From positions 18,909,360 through 18,973,359 of the forward strand of contig NC_043019.1 in the NCBI RefSeq assembly GCF_006345805.1: a DNA stretch of 64,000 bases, read 5' to 3'. The stretch comes from Octopus sinensis (taxonomy: Eukaryota). Position 1 is the first letter of the stretch, and the number at the start of each line of letters is the position of its first letter. Of the stretch, positions 1 through 11,500 are shown one piece after another. A program made the position numbers and the translations under genes. The notes beneath the pieces were generated by a model. That model saw nothing but the letters and a program-made list of their open reading frames with translations, had not been told where the DNA came from and searched no databases.

Positions 1-811
1 CCAGTGATTTGTGGAAAGGGATGAGTCGATGCTGAACTGATACTTTATTTTATCAACCCTGAAAGGATGAAAGGCAATGTTGACTTCGGTGGAATTTGAA
101 CTCGAAAAGCAATGAGTCGGAAGAAATGCTGCTAAGCATTTTGTCACCTTCTTGAAGTAAAATTATGTTCGGTGATAAAATGAAGCGAAAACTATAATTC
201 CTATCTTGAATCAATTGGATGGATTTTTCCCCTTTTTCTAATCCCTGTGCAGATAGTTTTTCCATGTCCTTGATCGGCTTCTTTTCTGTCTGTGTCTTTC
301 TCTTTATAACCCTTAAGTCTGTGCCTCTCTATTTTCATTATCTATTGCTTTCTAATCGCCTTCTACTTTTGTCAGTCGGTATTCGATACAAGTTGTCAGA
401 TGTAACTTATTAGGACCCGAAACGAATCACAGAATTTGAAACCCAGTCTCGATTTTACTATGAGTCTCTTCCTACTGTTCTTGGCATTTGCATTAAGAAA
501 TTTACGAGTCAACTGCTTTATTTAGATAAGTCCTATTGTTTTCTGAGGATCCTTAGGTTAAATACAGTTCAGACTAGATAACAGACGAAAAATCGTTTGT
601 TTAGTCTGGCCTAATTTAAGTAGAGGAAAATATAAGGATTTAGTCTTTTTCATTCGCAAAATGAATCCCCTTTAATTTTGCTCAGATTGCTTTCAATTTT
701 GGTGTATCGATGTAACTCAGAATTTTGATTCCGATCAACAAATTACTTTATCTCGTAAATTAAAGAATCTGAGGTTATTTAGAATTAAAGTTGGGAAATT
801 TGGGTAAATTT

Positions 812-860
812 TAGCCAATCAACAGACAGCGAGGCATTAACAGCTTGTTGCCATGACAAC
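812..860. promoter_or_regulatory. RFX X-box with nearby CCAAT box
   Basis: GTTGCCATGACAAC at 847-860, one mismatch from the palindromic GTTGCCATGGCAAC; AGCCAATC about 35 bp upstream. Confidence 0.45.
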
Positions 861-1667
861 CTGCACGTTGTGTTGATTTACTTCTCCTGCGTGTTTGGTT
901 TTAATGAAAATTTATATTTATCAATTAGAATTTTATGATAGATATTTTCCATCAATTGTCTTAATATCTTTCATATATAGCAAAAGTTGTTTGCAGAAGA
1001 GCATCTCTCTTTCGCGCCTGGCGAAAGAAACACGTCCTACATGTCATCAGAAGACAATATAACTCACCCCCTCAACTCGACAGCCCAGCTTGACTTGTTA
1101 CTATAGAAACAGGCACCTGTATGTTTGTGGCTTTCGATTGGCTAAAACTACCCAAAATTTGCAAACTGTAAAAGCCACTAAGTTTTTATTTATTGATTTA
1201 TGGCGAAAATTAATTTTATGTCAATGATTACTTTACAAAAGTAAACCAATACATCAAATATGAAATCAGTTGGGATAAAAATCGAAAAGTGATAGCCAAA
1301 CACAAAAGATCCTCAATCGCTTTTCATCCGAAAGATTTCCTCTCTGACTGGCATTAGAATGTCATCCTAATTGCCCACCGAAATTAAGTTACGGTTCTAC
1401 AAGCTCTGAGTCCAAATCTCGCAGAGGTCACCTGCGACCAAATATTTCGTTCGATTATATTCATATAATGCATCTTACGTGTGATTAGAATTATAACAAA
1501 AGATATTTATAAACGCTCAAGCTCAAAGCCACTGTTTTTTTTTTTTCTTTTTTGTTAACTCTCACCATTTTTCTTTAAGACTTATTCTACGCCCTTGCTA
1601 AGTGTCAACGCCACTCACCTCCTTTTTAATTTTTTTAATACACGTAAACATCAGGTCAAAGTAATTT

Positions 1668-1710
1668 ACTTCCGGGCACTGATTTGGCGCCGGTGACTAC
1701 GTGACCCACG
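1668..1710. promoter_or_regulatory. CpG-rich promoter-like patch with ETS and E2F motifs
   Basis: ACTTCCGG (1668-1675), TTTGGCGC (1683-1690) and TACGTGAC clustered in otherwise AT-rich DNA. No linked CDS found. Confidence 0.35.
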
Positions 1711-4063
1711 CAACCTCACGCAATCTGAACTAACACCATAAGCAAAGGTCGTTTATGTTTCGATGCGCTTCTTTTTATTCTTGTTACGTAGTTTATTATG
1801 ATTGTTACTAACAGGCAGTTCTTTCGTAATATTATCTTTTATCTTTACCTTGTCTCAATCATTGAACTATGGCCATGCTGGGGCAACACCTTGAAGGGTT
1901 TAGTCGAACAAATTGATCTCAGTATTTAGTTTATCGAGCTTTTTCCAAACTTCTTAAGCAAACCAACACCAGTTATCAAGTGGTGGTGGTGGGGGGGATA
2001 AACACACACATATATGTGGCAGGCTTCCACACAGTTTCTAGCTACTAAGTTCACTCAAAAGGTATTGATCGGCCCAGGGCTATTATGCCGAAGATGTCAT
2101 GCAGTGGGACTGAACCCGAAACCACGCGGTTGCAAAGTAAGCTTCTTAATATTGTTCTCCATAAGCCAAAGATTTAAAAGCTGTCCAAATACTTTTTGAA
2201 TTGTTCAGACCGCTTATAAAACTGTCTGTTGCTCCATTCCCTGGTTCACTTTGAGGAGCCCTGTACCGACCTAACTAAATATCAATTGAGGAGGGCATTG
2301 CCTTATCTTTCTCTCTGTCCTTCACTATCATTTTTTTTATATATATAAGAAAGTCTCCCCAACAGGTGAAAAGCCGCTTAGTGTAAGAGACTATGAAGAA
2401 CGAGAATTTAAGACGAAGGAAATGAATTTACTTTTGACTTGAAAGAAGTGAAGAAACTATGACAGTCAAAAGACTTTCTTATTCGTGACGACATAACAGC
2501 GTTTCGATGAAGATGCTGGGAGTTTCAAATCAAACGAGATGGCCCTAAGGATCTAGGACGAAGAAAGTTCATCAGAATATTTTCACTGGCAATAAAGATA
2601 GAAAAAAACTCACGTCGATGTGAGAAGGGTTGCAGAGATGAAGCATGGGAGGGAGCAATCAAATGCGATTTGTTTCTGAACTCAGTTGAGGGGATCGAAG
2701 TGACAAGATGGTGCACATGCCTAAATATGACAATAGTATTCCATAGGGGGAGTGTGAGATTGTGACGTACATGCTCTAATAAAAAAAAAAATCAGTAATC
2801 CTTTAGATTGTTTGAACCACCACAGCAATTACTACGAGACGTATGCGTGTCTCTCTCTCGCTGCTCGGCAATTGATATCGATTTGTTTATGATCCCGTAA
2901 CTGAGCTGTTTAGCAAAAGAGACCGATATATTAAGTACCAGACTTTAAAAAATAAGTACTGGGGTTCCATTTATTCAACAAAACCAGTCAAGGGGATGCC
3001 CCAGCATGGGCGCAGTCACATGACTAAAAGAAGAATAAGAGAATAAATAATGTGAATTAGCTTCAGATCAACAGTCAAATTGGCTTCTGTAGATGTAGCG
3101 GAAGATTAGCAGGTCAGCCAGATTGAGAATCACAATCTAAGGAGAGTACATGATTAAAAAAGCCCAGAAGACATCTGGACCCCACCGAACAATATCTAAC
3201 GTTGTCATCATCAGACATAAACCCTCAGTGCTATATTAAACATGATTTAACATACTTAATATCCCAGATATTTAAAATTTCGCCTAAAATAAAGTCATTA
3301 GCGTTAATGATAATTCTTTTAAGTTAAGGCAAGAGAGACAACTTTGCGTGTCCTTTTCAGAACTATCTGTTTAAAGATAATTGTTGCAGCCGTGAGTTAC
3401 CAACCAGAGATCAGGAGTTCAGTTTTTCACTATACAGTATAAATGTATAGTGTAGTTTCAAATTCTGATGTGTGTGAAATCAATGAAACGATTGCCTGTA
3501 AGTCACAGAAACCGATTCAAGTTATAAAAACTTCAAAATGAGGGTGAAGGAGCAATACTTTGTGACTTTTGGGGGGAGTTTTGTATCTTGTATTCTGGAA
3601 ATTCAATAGAAATACGCTAAAATATAATTGGAGGTGCTTCTCTAAGTAAAGAAAAAGCAGCAGCTCGAGTTGGGGTGTTCTGGCAAAACTAATTATTGGT
3701 GATTAAAAGTGAATTAAAATGGCCACACCTGAATGAATAACTTCTATAGGAATTAGTTTAAGCACAATACTATTATAGGAGGTCCATGTTTTTAAACCAC
3801 ATCCTTAAGAGATGTCGTTTAGAAGACACACACACATAGAACGATCATGGAACTCTGTCGTTCGTCAACGAGGATTCAGTTGTTCGATCAACTGAGATAC
3901 CTGCTGCTGAATTAACGTGTAAGTGATTGAATTTTCCAAAGACACATGTACCCATAACATAATTCTCATGCATAAATCAATATAAAAAGACTTTATTTTT
4001 TGAATTACACGTACATTAAACAGAATTCTATAGTTTCTATCAGTCCAATTTTGGTAAATTTTA

Positions 4064-5512
4064 GGAAAATATATTTTAATAGCAGAAATCAAAGAAGTAT
4101 TTACACACATCTATGTATGTTTGAGGGCGGAGAATGGGGACATGAAGTTCGAATCATCCCGCCGGCATCAGGTTTACAATTCTTCATCCCGGAGTTCTTA
4201 AACAAGGAACTAGTTGGAAAAGATCCTACATTTTTACTATTACACCTGTCTCACTTTAAAGCTGAAATTTGTATTTTCCTTGTGGTTTTTGATGTTTTGA
4301 ACGAACCGTTTTGCAATGGGGACTGTTTTCAATAGAACACCGGGGAGACTACGGAAGGTCAAGACTTGTCGCTTTTCTCATAGAGAAATACTCCATGTAG
4401 CGCTAAATAAATAAAAGTGTGCATCTGAGTCGAAACCGTTCCGGCAGTCATTCAATTTATTAAGTCTGCACAAGTGAGCACGAATGCATACTTCTAGTAG
4501 GAGACTGTTTCTCTGCTATTTCTAGCAGGTCAAGGTATTGCATACAGACGTCTTCTCACCCTAAGGTTGTCAGCTACACGGGATGAGAATGTACGGAAAG
4601 AATAAGTGATTTCCGATGGTTTTGATTTTCGTTAAAAATACATAAAAAAAAAAACCAGATTTTCTTTTAAAATTGAGGTGGATGTAATAGTAAAAATGTA
4701 CTCCAATTTCCTTCATAAAGCACAAATCGAACTAAAACTACAGGAGATTACATTCGCACAAGAAATCATGCAGTGGGATCGAACCTGAGACCTCGTGGTT
4801 GAGAAGTGAAGTTATTCGGCTACACCGCATCTACACACATTCATATACAGACAGAGACGCACGTTCATATACCTACATGCATGCATGGGGTTAAATAAGA
4901 TGTTGAAGGCGAAACTCGAAGTCCCAGTCAAACCAATATTATCAAAAGAAAAATATAAAAAACCAGAAAGAATCATCTATTGTCTAAGTCAGTTCTCACA
5001 GAAAAGACCAAAGACAAAATGATTCCAGCCGTGACCGTCCTATCTTTCTTTATATTATCCAGTGTGCCCTTCCAATAAAAACCACTGTGTTTGATTTGTG
5101 TGACATTTCGTTGTTACTTCACAAAGACGCTTCCTTTGATTCCCCAGTCAAATGGGTTTGATTTTCGGTACCCATCGCCATTCACTCCTTAGAGACAACT
5201 GTTTACATATGAAGAGGGGGCAGCCTCTTCCTCCCACTTCTCTTTCTATATCTTTACGAAGAATTTCAAGCTGAACATCTCTCTGTAGTGAGAACTCAAG
5301 GTAGAATATCTTGAGAGACTCCTTAAATTTGAAAAACTATCAATTAATATCATACCTGCATCCAACTAGTTCTTTGTTTAAGAACCCCAGGATGAAGAAT
5401 TGTAAACCTGATGCCGGTGGGATGATTCGAACTTCATGTCCCCATTCTTCGCCCTCAAACATACATAGATGTGTGTAAATACTTTGATTTCTGCTATTAA
5501 AATATATTTTCC
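4064..5512. repeat. Pair of ~155-bp inverted homologous segments about 1.14 kb apart
   Basis: 4064-4218 and 5361-5512 are inverted copies; the left copy continues into AAAGATCC, the GGATCTTT-type terminus. Confidence 0.7.
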
Positions 5513-7181
5513 CAAAGTATTCTATACATATCAATAAAATAAATAATAACTAAATACAAGGGTTATTAAAGACACACACATACTCGCGTGCGTGTGTATG
5601 GATATTGTTAAAAACTGAATTGATAATGTTTATAACCTCAGTTCTGTATAACAAAGAATTATTCTCCAAAGAACATTCAAAAGCCCAATACAACTTATTT
5701 TATCACAAGTGTCTCAAAAAGGTGGTGAGCTGGCAGAACTGTTGGCATGCCGGAAGAAATGTTTTGTGGCATTTCGTCCGCATTTACGACCCAGGTTCAA
5801 ATTACGTTAGTCGACTTTACAGTTCATCCTTCTGGTGTTGATTAGAAAAGTAGTTAATAATTATTTCAACTTTATATTGTGGAGGAACCTGTAAAGTCAA
5901 TTGTTGACGCGACCAAATTTGCAGGTTGAACAATATCTTCTAATCTGATTCCGAGTTGAACTGAACCAGCTGCAAAACATAATTCTAGAACTTCAAAGCT
6001 CGCCCTACGATTCCTGTTGAAGCAATGGCAGTGGGCAGGTTGAACATTTCACAATCCCAACAATAATTCCTTTTTAGAATCATAAGGCGAAATAAATTCT
6101 ACAAGTATTTAGAATCAAACTTGTTTAAACTTCAAATTACTCTCTCATAATGAACCTAATTACGTGTGTGTATTTACATGTGTTACATGCGAATCAACGT
6201 GCGACAGAAAATCATCCTTCCACCTTACACAGCAGCTTCTAAAGATTCCTATACACACACACACACACGGCTAACATTTACAGACAGGATGAGGCGTGTG
6301 TGTATACATTCGTTTAAAGTCAGTGGCTTCTTCAGAATGATCTTATAACACGCATGTGTGTAATATATATATATAATGCGTTTAATATTCATGATATATA
6401 TTTGAAGACTCAAAAAAAAACTATGTCAGTCTGACATAGTTTTTATATATTCATAAACCTTTATGAATATATAAAGGTTTAAACCTTTATTCGGTTTATG
6501 AATATAAAAGCTCGCTCTTGACTACATACATAAACTTGATAAGTGTTGTGTCTTAACTTCTCCTTAGTAACCAAGGACTCCTTTCCATCCTGATTCTTTA
6601 TATACACTGCACTCACATTAGATACAACTCTATACCCCGCTGCCCCACTTGTCACTTATATACACACTGGTGTAGGTTCCATACACACGTATAAGGCGAC
6701 ATGCTAATTTTTTAGTGCTTTTCTTTTCAGTTACAACGTGTTAATATGAAATATTGAATGAGATGAGGAAGAGAGAGATGAAAGGCGGGAAAAGGAAAAG
6801 AGACTGAGAGAGATTAGGGAGGGAGGACGTAGAAAGGGAAGACAGAAAGAGAGAGAGAGAAAAGGGTTTTAGAAAGAGTAAAAGAGGAAGAGAGATAGAA
6901 AGGGAGAGATAATGAGCGAGAGGGGAAGGAGAGCGTTGAGAGTGAGAGTGAGAGGCTGTTGAAAGGAAGTTAATGCAGACTGTGAGAGTGAGAGATTAGG
7001 GAGGAAGGATGTAGAAAGGGAAGATAGAAAGAGAGAGGAAAACGTTTTTAGAAAGAGTAAAAGAGACAATGAGCGAGAGAGAGCGTTGAGAGTGACAGTG
7101 AGAGGCTGTTGAAAGGAAGTTAATTTCTCGTTTGCATTTCCGATATAAGAGCTCTAGCAAAAGGGGAGGTAACTGTTGGCG

Positions 7182-7223
7182 TATAAAAGCTGTCTCGCGG
7201 CCAACCTAGAACATTCTCTCAGT
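7182..7223 (+). promoter_or_regulatory. Core promoter of the STIP1-like gene: TATA box and initiator-like sequence
   Basis: TATAAAAG at 7182-7189. CATT with A at 7213 lies 31 nt downstream; TCAGT at 7219-7223. A two-unit GAAnnTTC at 7209-7216 is noted but weak. Confidence 0.55.
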
Positions 7224-7232
7224 GTCAGGAAG

Positions 7233-8207
7233 ATGACGTCCGACAAGCAGAAGGAAGCAGTCATTGAAAAAGATAAAGGAAATGCCTTTTACAAGAAAAA
7301 AGAATTCGAAAAAGCGCTGGAACATTATGAAGCCGCTCTGAAATTAGATCCAACCAATATTTCCATCATGACCAACCGTGCAGCCGTTTACTTCGAACAG
7401 AACAAGCTGGACGATTGTATCAAAGAATGTGAAAAAGCCATTGAGGTGGGTCGTGAAAAGCATTCCCCGTTCAATGTGATTGCCAAAGCGTTTTGCCGCA
7501 TTGGCAACGCTTATCTGAAAAAAGACAACCTGGAGAAGGCGCTCACCTATTACAATAAGTCCCTGTCTGAACACCGAGTGCCCGAAGTTGTAAAGAAGGC
7601 CCAGAACGTGGAGTCGATGATCAAAGAGAGAGAACGGCTCGCCTATATTAACCCAGAAATCTCTTTGGAGGAGAAAAGCAAGGGCAACAAAATGTACCAG
7701 GATGGGAACTTTCCGGATGCTATCAAACATTATAACGAAGCAATTCTCCGCAACCCGGACGACGCCAAAATCTACAGCAACCGGTCGGCTTGTTACATGA
7801 AGTTGATGGAGTATTCGTTGGCCTTGAAAGATGCCGACGAGTGCATAAAAAGGGATCCGACTTTCGTCAAGGGTTACCTGCGGAAAGGTGCCACATTTTT
7901 GGCGCAAAAGGAATCGACCAAGGCAGCCGACGCCTACTCGAAAGCTCTGGAACTCGACCCGCAATGCCAAGAAGCGAAGGAAGGTTACCAGAAGTCGGTG
8001 ATGAGTCAAGGAAACGACATCGACAGCGTCAAGAAGCGAGTGATGAACAACCCCGAAGTGCAGAACATCCTGTGTGACCCTGCGATGAGGGCCATACTTC
8101 AACAGATGCAGGAGAACCCCAAGGCAATAAGTGAACATCTGTCCAACCCCGAAATAAGGGACAAGATTGACAAACTCATGGAATGCGGCATTATCGACAT
8201 TCGCTGA
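7233..8207 (+). CDS. STIP1: Intronless STIP1/HOP (Hsp70-Hsp90 organizing protein) homolog lacking TPR1-DP1; 324 aa from ATG 7233
   Basis: Translation MTSDKQKEAVIEKDKGNAFYKKKEFEKALEHY...PTNISIMTNRAAVYFEQ...ERLAYINPEISLEEKSKGN...YSNRSACYMKL...NPEVQNILCDPAMRAILQQMQENPKAISEHLSNP...LMECGIIDIR follows TPR2A, TPR2B and DP2 of STIP1 as I recall them, without gaps. No introns. The track start at 7176 is a TTG overlapping the TATA box; the first ATG is 7233. Confidence 0.93.
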   Translation: MTSDKQKEAVIEKDKGNAFYKKKEFEKALEHYEAALKLDPTNISIMTNRAAVYFEQNKLDDCIKECEKAIEVGREKHSPFNVIAKAFCRIGNAYLKKDNLEKALTYYNKSLSEHRVPEVVKKAQNVESMIKERERLAYINPEISLEEKSKGNKMYQDGNFPDAIKHYNEAILRNPDDAKIYSNRSACYMKLMEYSLALKDADECIKRDPTFVKGYLRKGATFLAQKESTKAADAYSKALELDPQCQEAKEGYQKSVMSQGNDIDSVKKRVMNNPEVQNILCDPAMRAILQQMQENPKAISEHLSNPEIRDKIDKLMECGIIDIR

Positions 8208-8336
8208 TTTCTTTTCTCTTTTTTGTATATTTTCTTGTTTCCCCCCACCCCCCATGTTTTGTTTGTTTATACATCCACACTCAACACACTTTTATAAGTA
8301 CCCTGTCTGAATGCAGTTTCACATACACACTTGCCT

Positions 8337-8524
8337 GGTACTACTTGAGAACAGTGGTCCCGGTGCGCGCACTCGCGTACTGGCGCATCCGCGCTAGCTA
8401 GTTGTGACTAGTCGATCCTACAACGGCTAGCTAACAAAGTAAGGATCGACTAGTCATGACTAGCTATGTCGGATGCGCGACTATGCGAGTGCGCGCACCG
8501 GGACCATTGTTCTCCAGTAGTACC
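8337..8524. mobile_element. Mutator-type MITE, almost entirely TIR (palindromic)
   Basis: Termini GGTACTACT.../...AGTAGTACC, CpG-rich TIRs of about 80 bp, exact 9-bp TSD CACTTGCCT (8328-8336, 8525-8533). Confidence 0.85.
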
Positions 8525-11500
8525 CACTTGCCTACATACATACACATCCACCCCCTACTACATTCATCTATTTGTCCTTTCTTTTTTTTCCCCCTCACAT
8601 TTATAAATCAAACACAACCAACAAAAACAGCCACCACCCAAAACTGGTAACAAAGATCCACGCTTTTAATGTTCTCTCCAAGCTGCCATCTTCATTAAGA
8701 TTTGCCATTATTATAATTATTTAGAGAAAAGCTCTCAAGAAGAGCCTGAGGAACCCATCCTCACTTCGCCTGTCTTGTTGTAGACCACGAGGCGACAGGT
8801 TTGTGTTGAAATGACTAATTATTATAATTGATAAGTGAATAAGTTTGTGGGGCCTTGGTTGTTCCCTGGTGGTCATCAGTTCGGATCCCGTTGCAAACGG
8901 TTCTGTTTTGATGCCAGCCTCCGACAAACCTCGTCCTAAAATGAAACCACATCCTCTTCGTCTGGATGGAGATAAAATGAAAAAACAAAGACATTACATC
9001 TTTCCAGAATTATTTAAGTGATTGAGGGACAGGCTTCACCAAACACTCCCAGCTTTTCACTTGTCCCCTAAAGACCCTCATTTTTATTCCTGATGGTCCC
9101 TTAAGTTTATCTTAACTGATACTGCTGTGCTTATGGGTTGCAAATATACACATACGCTCGTCCGCGTCTATGTATGGTAATATATATATATATATGTATA
9201 TATATACAAACACTCGGTTATTAAGTATGAGGATCTCCATGGAATCCGAAACCTTTCTCAGTCCACACATGATGTACACAGAGCAATAATACTTACTACT
9301 GTGTGTCTAGGGTTTTCTATTAGTCATGCTAACGATGATGTATACCACCTAAAGTGTCCAACCCTCCGCATTATTATTATTATTACTACTACTACAATGA
9401 ATATTTTGTATGAGAATCCACACCACCATTTGCTATTGGACATTATTACAAGACCAGAACAACAACAACAACAATTAGAAACGATCATAATTACGAGTGA
9501 TTCTCTAAAGCCAGCCAGCGTGCGAGTGTCTCCTTCTTCTTCTTCCTCATCTTTTCCTCTTTTGGATGTATTCAGTATGAGAATCAACAAATACACAAGT
9601 TTAGAAATGATTCGCAGATTTCTGTTATTTTTTTCTTCTTCTCTTTTGTTTTTGTATAATGTCTTATAATTCAGTATTTGTAAAGTTTGTCATTTATTGG
9701 GAAAGGCATTAGTGCTGCTACGTCCTAATTCTTGTTCTCTGTGTAAAGTTTTCAGGATTCGAGGCTTTTATTAAAAAAAAAAAAACTGGTTTCACTATAT
9801 TAATTTCCGACTCTATCCTTATCCTCCTGGGTTACCCTCAGAAACATGTTGCCGAACCCTCGAGAAAAAATGTGGGGTGGGCGTGGGAAAAGAAATCGTG
9901 GGTTTCTTGCAAAACCTACGACGAAAGGCATGAATGTCTCAACATCGCCAGCTGTTATGGCTTTTCTATGTAAAGAAAACCCATTTTTGTATCATGGAGA
10001 CAACTTCTCTTTTTAAGTAAATCTAGCTTTGTCAGACAAAACAACTTTGAACTGATTTAGAAAGATATCAACCTCACTGTCCCATTTCACCCTATCAATA
10101 TTGATCTTTGGGCTTTCAATCAATCATTTAAGTTATTTGGTTACAAGCCATTGTTCCGTTTTAAATCATTGTCACAAACCGGTTTCAATTCCTTATAAAA
10201 CCAGTTTACAAATATTTCTGCCACTTTCCCAGATCGAAGCCATAGAACATCACAGCATCTGCCAAAAACTTTCCCATCTAACATTTTTTCCTCCCTTCAC
10301 TCTCAGAGCCGGAAGCTGTACATAATACAACCCTTAGTTTAATTCCTTGGCTTACCTTGTATCCCCCCCCCCACATGGATATTTTAAAATGAAATTTTCT
10401 ACAAACATTCCGATTATATTTAAAGAAAATTGGACTTGCATACACACCCTGATATGCATCACAAAATGAGACTTGAAATTTTGAAAAAAAATTGTATCTG
10501 CATGTATGTGTGCAAACACACCAATATTTTCCTCATATTAAATTCCGATATTATCTTAATCTACACACTCTGGAAAGTATTTGTTCAAATTTTCATTTAA
10601 AATACCCATATTTCGGAAAGTTACGAGTAAACAACTTGTGTGAATTTTCCAAAATCCTTCATCCCCACCCTCGGAAGCTTTTTCACAAATTCCGATGTAA
10701 TTGGAATCTTCACCATCTGAAGCGTATTTGTAGAAAATTTCATTGAAATTTTTATTTTTCAAAGTTATGAGGAAACAAAGTCGGGGGTCGGGGTGGTTTC
10801 CACTACTATAAGGATGCTGTTCACACCTTATCAAAAGTTGTTTTCCTTTCACATATGCAAAGTCGATGGTGTATAACACAAACACTTAAATGTCAAAAAT
10901 CACTTAATCTTTGTGTGTTTAATATTCTGTTGAAGAGTAATTAATACACAATTACCACAGTTAAATGCTGATTAATGATAGTATTTAATTAAAACTACAG
11001 CTAAATACGATCCTCCTTACAGATCTGTAATAATGGTGGTGGGAATAGGAAGAAGGACCGTATTGTCTTTCCAAATAGGATTAGAATAACTATTTCTACT
11101 CCCACATCTTGGTGTGTGCTGGAATGGAGTGGCTGTCCTTTCATCAGTGTAATACAAAGTTTTCAGTTATCCAACCAGAAACAAAAGTAAGTGTTTTGAG
11201 TGATTCCTTGAAAAGACACAATTGTAAAAAATGTTGCAGTTACTCCCACCTGATCAGCTAGCAAGATACACCTAATCTATTGCTTAACATGAATATTTAT
11301 TTTGCAAAATGGAATGTATGACTATATAAAAAAAAAATTATGCAATTTGTCTCAATCTTGCCTTCTGATGCCAAGAGAAAATCTTATCTTCTGAATGAAA
11401 AAAAAAAAAGCCAAAAAACAAACTCAGCTTGTTTTGAAATTTAAATAACATTTCTGCCTCCACCAACATGAAGAATATTTCAGACTGAGCAACATAAGTG

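Noticed and set aside
990-1045. CAGAAGA...hairpin...GAAACACGTC hammerhead-like string
   Set aside because: Core mutated and stems I and III do not pair.
7204-7221. Heat-shock element at the STIP1-like promoter
   Set aside because: Only two nGAAn units, lying downstream of the TATA box; too weak to call.
7344-8255. 303-aa antisense ORF over the STIP1-like gene
   Set aside because: Shadow frame of a codon-biased coding sequence; no recognisable motifs.
8721-8937. Minus-strand exon-like segment (acceptor near 8937; IKTEP-containing frame)
   Set aside because: No partner exons or homology could be established.
10556-10885. 109-aa ORF
   Set aside because: No recognisable domain or splice context; overlaps an 18-bp inverted repeat pair (10388-10405 / 10727-10744) suggesting a non-coding DNA element.
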